From positions 2,790,001-2,822,000 of the forward strand of contig NC_002677.1 of the NCBI RefSeq assembly GCF_000195855.1: 32,000 bases of DNA, written 5' to 3'. This document shows, piece by piece, positions 29,001-32,000 of the stretch (positions are counted from its first letter, which is position 1; each line of letters begins with the position of its first letter). A program made the translations under genes and the position numbers. This stretch comes from Mycobacterium leprae TN (lineage in GTDB: Bacteria > Actinomycetota > Actinomycetes > Mycobacteriales > Mycobacteriaceae). The notes under the pieces were generated by a model. The model was not told the DNA's origin. It saw nothing but the letters and a program-made list of their open reading frames with translations, and did not search any database.

Positions 29001-31709
29001 TTGGGTCAGCAGCGGGTGTGCACTGATTTCGATGAAAGTGCGGTGGTCAGTTCCAGCGGTCATGATGGCCTGCTGGAAATGCACTGGGTTGCGCATGTTG
29101 GTGGCCCAGTGCTGGGCATCGAACACCGGGCACGAGCCAAGGTCAGCATAGGTGGTGGAAAGGATCGGAATCGTCGGAGTCCGTGGGGCCACATCGGCGA
29201 GCTCGGAACGCATCTGCGGCTGCAGCGCATCCATCGCCGGATTGTGGGGGGCCACTTCAATATTGACCCGACTGGCAAACCGATTCTGCGCGCGCACCCG
29301 GTCAATCAACTCATCGATCTGTTCAGTGGGCCCGGCAATCACCGTTTGGCGCGGCGAATTGTAAATCGCCAATGTCACCTGCGAGTAGTCGACAATCAAC
29401 GCCTCCGTCTCGACCGCGTCGAGTTCGAGCAGTGCCATACCGCCCTGCCCAGACAGCGGGGCCATCAGCCGCGACCGAGTGGCTGTCACCCGCAGCCCCT
29501 CAGCGGCGGTAAGCGCCCCAGCCACCACGGCGGCGGCCACCTCACCCAGCGAATGCCCGATCACCAAATCAGGTTGCACCCCATAGGAACGCCACAACTC
29601 AGTCAGCGTCAGTTGCATGCCGATTAACCCCAGCTGGATCTGCTCGATACCAACCAGTTCTTTGCCATTAGCGAGCACATCGTGCAACGAGAAACCGGCG
29701 TGGACAACAAACACCGGTTCCAACTCGGCAACCGCGGCCGTGAAAGCCGGTTCATCGGCCAGCAATTGACGCCCCATCCCCGCCCACTGCGAACCACGTC
29801 CCGAGTACACAAACACCGTTCCTGACCCAGGTGTGCCATCCTGCTGCCCGACCACACCGGGCGCCTGTTTGCCGGCGGCCAACGCCCGCAATCCAGCCAC
29901 TGCCTGGATCCGATCACGGGCAACCACGGTGCCGAACTTGGCGTGCCGCGACCGGTGATGATTCAATGTATGGGCCACATCAGCCAACGCCACTTCAGCA
30001 CCGGGCCCCTCAACCCAATCGGCCAGCATCCCCGCCATCGCTGCCACCCGCGACGCCGTCTTACCCGTCACCACCAACGTCGACACCGCAGTGTTGGAAC
30101 TGCATTCTGTGACCGGTGTCAGCTCAGGACCCTGCTCAATGACAACATGCGCGTTCGTCCCACCGAAGCCAAACGATGACACCGCCGCGCGCCGCAGATG
30201 CCCTGTATCCGGCCATTCCATATGCTTATCAACAACTTTCATACGCAACTCAGCAAAAGGAATATGCAGGTTCGGGCTTTCAAAACGCTGATTCGGTGGA
30301 ATCTGGCCACGCTGCACCGCCAACACTGTCTTGATGAAGCCGGCGATGCCCGCAGCAGCCTCCAAGTGACCCAGGTTAGTCTTAACAGCCCCGATCAGTA
30401 GCGGAGAATCCTCGGCACGTCCCCGACCCAGCACCGCACCCAAAGCGCGCGCTTCTATCGGATCTCCCAACAGAGTCCCGGTCCCATGAGTTTCGACGTA
30501 GTCAATGGCAGTCGGTGGCATTGCTGCGTTGGCATACGCGGTGCGCAGAACCGCTACTTGGGCCGCCGGGTTAGGAGCCATCAGCCCGTTGGAGCGGCCA
30601 TCCTGATTGACAGCAGAACCGCGGATAATGGCAAGCACCCGATCACCGTCGCGCTGCGCATCGGTCAACCGTTTAAGCACCACTACGCCAGCACCTTCAC
30701 CGCGCACAAACCCGTCCGCCGCAGCATCGAACGCGCGGCAACAACCGGTAGGCGACAACGCCCCGACCTGGTCGAAGCCACGAAATACGGCCGGAGACAA
30801 TAGCAAATTCACGCCCGCCGCAATAGCCAGGTTGGCATCCGCGGTCCGCAGGCTTTGGCAGGCTAAGTGGATCGCTACCAACGACGACGAGCACGCCGTA
30901 TCAACCGCCACCGATGGACCACGTAAGTCGAGGAAATACGAAAGGCGGTTCGCTATGATGCTCATCGCGCCACCCGTGTTGCTCCAGCCATCCACTTGGG
31001 AGAGATCGGTGGAAGCGATAGCACCATATTCGCTCAGGCACGATCCGGCGAATACTCCTGTTTGCGAACGACGCAGCGAGTTGGACGAAATTCCCGCGTG
31101 CTCCAACGCCTCCCAAGCCACTTCCAGCAGAAGGCGCTGCTGCGGATCCATCTTGTCAGCCTCGCTGGGTGAGATCTCGAAAAATTCCGAGTCAAAGGCG
31201 TCAATATCCTCCAAGAATGACCCCCACCGCGTAGTACGGGCGAGCAGTGCTTTTACTTCCGGCGAGCCGTCGTCGAAGAGCTCCCACCGTTCATTGGGAA
31301 CCTGTCCGATGGAGGAACGACGGTCACACAGAAACTGCCACAACGCTTCTGGACCAGATATCCCCCCTGGGAAACGACACCCCATCCCGATGACAGCGAT
31401 CGGCTCCTCGAGTGCACCCTGGACCGAGCGCCGTGGCGCCGATTCTGATTCGGGGTCAGGTGCGGGAGCAATGAGATAGGCGGCCAGCGCGTTGATCGTC
31501 GGATGCTCCCAGAAGTCAATCGGGGATACGGTCTTACCCAACAAATCGGTCAATTCCCCGGAGAGCACAACTGCATCACGGGAGCTCATACCCAAGTCGG
31601 TCAACGATAGATTAAGATCGACTTCATCCGGTGTGCAGCCGATATTAGTCACCAAGTAGTTGACTAGCCAGTGGCAAAGGTCAGCTTCGCTACCAATGCT
31701 CGCCGTCAT
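26094..31709 (-). CDS. ppsA: Type I polyketide synthase PpsA (loading ACP-KS-AT-[DH-like]-KR-ACP)
   Basis: 1871-aa ORF whose ATG (31707-31709) overlaps the fadD26 TGA (31706-31708) as ATGA. N-terminal ACP: LGMSSRD, Ser43 at nt 31581-31583. KS: DTACSSS, Cys273 at nt 30891-30893. AT: GHSLGE, Ser720 at nt 29550-29552, and VAPH at nt 29244-29255. A DH-like region spans aa ~975-1255. KR: GGMGALG aa 1491-1497 and SYAAAN Tyr1647 (nt ~26685-27257). ACP: LGLNSLMA, Ser1791 at nt 26337-26339. Confidence 0.95.
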   Translation of the reverse strand: MTASIGSEADLCHWLVNYLVTNIGCTPDEVDLNLSLTDLGMSSRDAVVLSGELTDLLGKTVSPIDFWEHPTINALAAYLIAPAPDPESESAPRRSVQGALEEPIAVIGMGCRFPGGISGPEALWQFLCDRRSSIGQVPNERWELFDDGSPEVKALLARTTRWGSFLEDIDAFDSEFFEISPSEADKMDPQQRLLLEVAWEALEHAGISSNSLRRSQTGVFAGSCLSEYGAIASTDLSQVDGWSNTGGAMSIIANRLSYFLDLRGPSVAVDTACSSSLVAIHLACQSLRTADANLAIAAGVNLLLSPAVFRGFDQVGALSPTGCCRAFDAAADGFVRGEGAGVVVLKRLTDAQRDGDRVLAIIRGSAVNQDGRSNGLMAPNPAAQVAVLRTAYANAAMPPTAIDYVETHGTGTLLGDPIEARALGAVLGRGRAEDSPLLIGAVKTNLGHLEAAAGIAGFIKTVLAVQRGQIPPNQRFESPNLHIPFAELRMKVVDKHMEWPDTGHLRRAAVSSFGFGGTNAHVVIEQGPELTPVTECSSNTAVSTLVVTGKTASRVAAMAGMLADWVEGPGAEVALADVAHTLNHHRSRHAKFGTVVARDRIQAVAGLRALAAGKQAPGVVGQQDGTPGSGTVFVYSGRGSQWAGMGRQLLADEPAFTAAVAELEPVFVVHAGFSLHDVLANGKELVGIEQIQLGLIGMQLTLTELWRSYGVQPDLVIGHSLGEVAAAVVAGALTAAEGLRVTATRSRLMAPLSGQGGMALLELDAVETEALIVDYSQVTLAIYNSPRQTVIAGPTEQIDELIDRVRAQNRFASRVNIEVAPHNPAMDALQPQMRSELADVAPRTPTIPILSTTYADLGSCPVFDAQHWATNMRNPVHFQQAIMTAGTDHRTFIEISAHPLLTQAITDTLHGTRCISIGTLQRDADDTVTFHTNLNNVHTVHPPHTPHPAEPHVTIPSTPWQHTRHWIPRKRSVNSIGLAPQVGTLLGQHTAVSGILPIHLWQARLAPQAKPYRGWHRVHGVEVVPASIVLRTILCAAAELGYSTLFEIRFEQPIFANLPRLIQVVVDNQLISLASSPATETPQHRWTRHVTAQLSSASARSAVPSDHPDQINGHLEVISDPIPDVASLLALCGVDGLPFEWSVKSWAKKTQQSTSRTVEIEFPDTLPDGAIAPLLDAAILIPALADVTETQFYVPASIKQVWLGDTATGPCGAVTLNRTACDDDGITVDVTVADGSGVPLALMRSLRYRALDLDNAQQDYSTVFVESHVDALTDARNFVHAIDWQPRTDLDCSNTPVASSGSVAVIGDARAGFGLLLKEAGYTLAAPADGVSEVRYVVYVADPHPATTAETDVDFAVRITAEISDLVRALAKREPGKPVALWIVTRGVYESVASSALRQSFLWGFGGVIAAEHPEMWGGLVDLAASALGADRDDILDQFGPTLASLLQTPTRSIVVLRDGVVLAPTLVPIRSEPVRKSLQCKSDGAYLITGGMGALGLLMADWLADRGARRLVLMGRTPLPPRRDWELDTLDAGLRQKIDAICALEMRGVTVEAVAVDVGHHDDVQALLAKRDRDGAAPIRGIIHAAGVTNDQLVTNMTDDPVRQVMWPKIAGCQVLHEAFPPGSVDFFYLTSSAAGIFGIPGQGSYAAANSYLDALARTRRQQGCHTMSIDWVAWRGLGFAANAQIVSDELQRMGSRDITPSEAFTAWEYVDAYDVAQAVVLPVPRSYGSAGSTAGDSYLVPARNWSQMEAAEVRKELESGLRTIIAAELRVAEAELDTDRPFAELGLNSLMAMAIRREAEQFIGIELSAIMLFNHPTVALLAAYLTKVVAPQHDSQGDEMAALSASAGGVLDSLFDRIESTSTEAEGLV
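27945..28787 (-). other. Dehydratase-like (double hotdog-like) region of PpsA between the AT and the KR
   Basis: PpsA aa ~975-1255 align by eye with the PpsC/PpsD DH domains. GTLLG corresponds to [15 protein letters not shown] (His1016, nt 28662-28664) fits HxxxGxxxxP. DGLPFEW corresponds to the YGPxF/LPFxW area. LLDAAIL (Asp1176, nt 28182-28184) corresponds to LDAALQ. Confidence 0.6.
28809..30195 (-). repeat. Direct repeat copy 2, inside ppsA (KS C-terminus, KS-AT linker, AT, post-AT linker)
   Basis: Partner of 23400-24786. It encodes PpsA aa ~506-967, of which aa 516-967 are identical to PpsB 447-898 ([15 protein letters not shown] ... [10 protein letters not shown]). The six-frame track shows identical side-frame ORFs at offset 5409, e.g. 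23515..23742 = 28924..29151 and 24215..24514 = 29624..29923. Confidence 0.97.
30290..30392 (-). repeat. 103-bp tract in the ppsA KS identical to 24890-24992 in the ppsB KS
   Basis: Partner of the feature above. Further identical tracts are 25177-25214 = 30586-30623 (38 bp) and 25249-25325 = 30658-30734 (77 bp). Confidence 0.9.
31458..31688 (-). other. N-terminal loading ACP of PpsA
   Basis: A carrier-protein-like ~75 aa with LGMSSRD (Ser43) precedes the KS. This is consistent with acyl transfer from the FAAL encoded immediately upstream. Confidence 0.8.
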
Positions 31710-32000
31710 ACCGTCACGTCCAGTCGTTTGAATCCGTCACTGCGATAACGTTCGACACAGGCCGAACGTCGGACCTTGCCGCTTGTGGTGATCGGGATTG
31801 AGCCCGGTGACACCAGAACGAGGTCGGCCACATGCAAACTATGTAACTTCGATATAGCGGATGTGACTTCACGCTTCACCGAATGGACTTTGTGCATGTG
31901 GTCTTCCGCGGACGCTCCATGTTCCTTGTATTCAATGATCGCCACCAACTGCTCGGTGAGGTCGTCCGGCACAGTGATCGCCGCGACCCGACCGCCGGTG
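31706..32000 (-). CDS. fadD26: Long-chain fatty acyl-AMP ligase FadD26, C-terminal ~98 aa; 5' end lies outside the window
   Basis: The frame of the listed ORF 31706..31972 stays open to the window edge (...[26 protein letters not shown]...), so the GTG at 31970-31972 is internal. The tail ...[20 protein letters not shown] is the conserved adenylate-forming-enzyme C-terminal subdomain with its catalytic Lys (SGK). Its stop overlaps the ppsA start, the position fadD26 occupies in the PDIM locus. Confidence 0.85.
   Translation of the reverse strand, partial: TGGRVAAITVPDDLTEQLVAIIEYKEHGASAEDHMHKVHSVKREVTSAISKLHSLHVADLVLVSPGSIPITTSGKVRRSACVERYRSDGFKRLDVTV

Noticed and set aside
1-32000. Possibility that the window hides a novel or undescribed system (defence island, toxin-antitoxin, new RNA, mobile element)
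   Set aside because: Ten contiguous, intact, translationally coupled genes of the well-known PDIM/PGL locus plus one convergent glycosyltransferase account for every base except two short gaps (767-911, 2184-2231). There is no unexplained coding capacity, no tRNA- or rRNA-like sequence, no CRISPR-type spaced repeats, and no transposase or terminal inverted repeats.

Overview
The whole window is a single minus-strand gene train, recognisable as the core mycobacterial phthiocerol dimycocerosate / phenolic glycolipid (PDIM/PGL) locus. In transcription order (high to low coordinates) it reads fadD26 (3' end only), ppsA, ppsB, ppsC, ppsD, ppsE, drrA, drrB, drrC, papA5. A convergent plus-strand GT1 glycosyltransferase follows, with its 5' end off the left edge. 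ORF lengths (1871/1540/2201/1822/1489 aa for PpsA-E, 331/288/276 aa for DrrA-C, 423 aa for PapA5) and the domain motifs match my recollection of the M. tuberculosis Rv2930-Rv2939 proteins almost exactly. The visibly lower GC and a glycosyltransferase in place of mas next to papA5 suggest an M. leprae-like genome; I cannot confirm this without a database search. All genes look intact. Nearly all junctions are translationally coupled, and only two non-coding gaps exist (767-911 and 2184-2231). I found no tRNA, rRNA, CRISPR array, IS element or other mobile element. I see no evidence for an undescribed system, because the known operon accounts for the window completely. The most unusual structure is a 1358-bp perfectly identical direct repeat, which I verified base by base (1387 bp with one mismatch). 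It lies 5409 bp apart inside ppsB and ppsA and covers exactly the KS C-terminus, the KS-AT linker, the AT domain and the post-AT linker. Shorter identical tracts flank it inside otherwise diverged KS sequence, which is a gene-conversion signature. Secondary observations are a dehydratase-like region in PpsA, Gln at the catalytic-His position of the PpsE condensation-domain motif, a divergent PpsB ketoreductase, and an atypical PpsD/PpsE interface.
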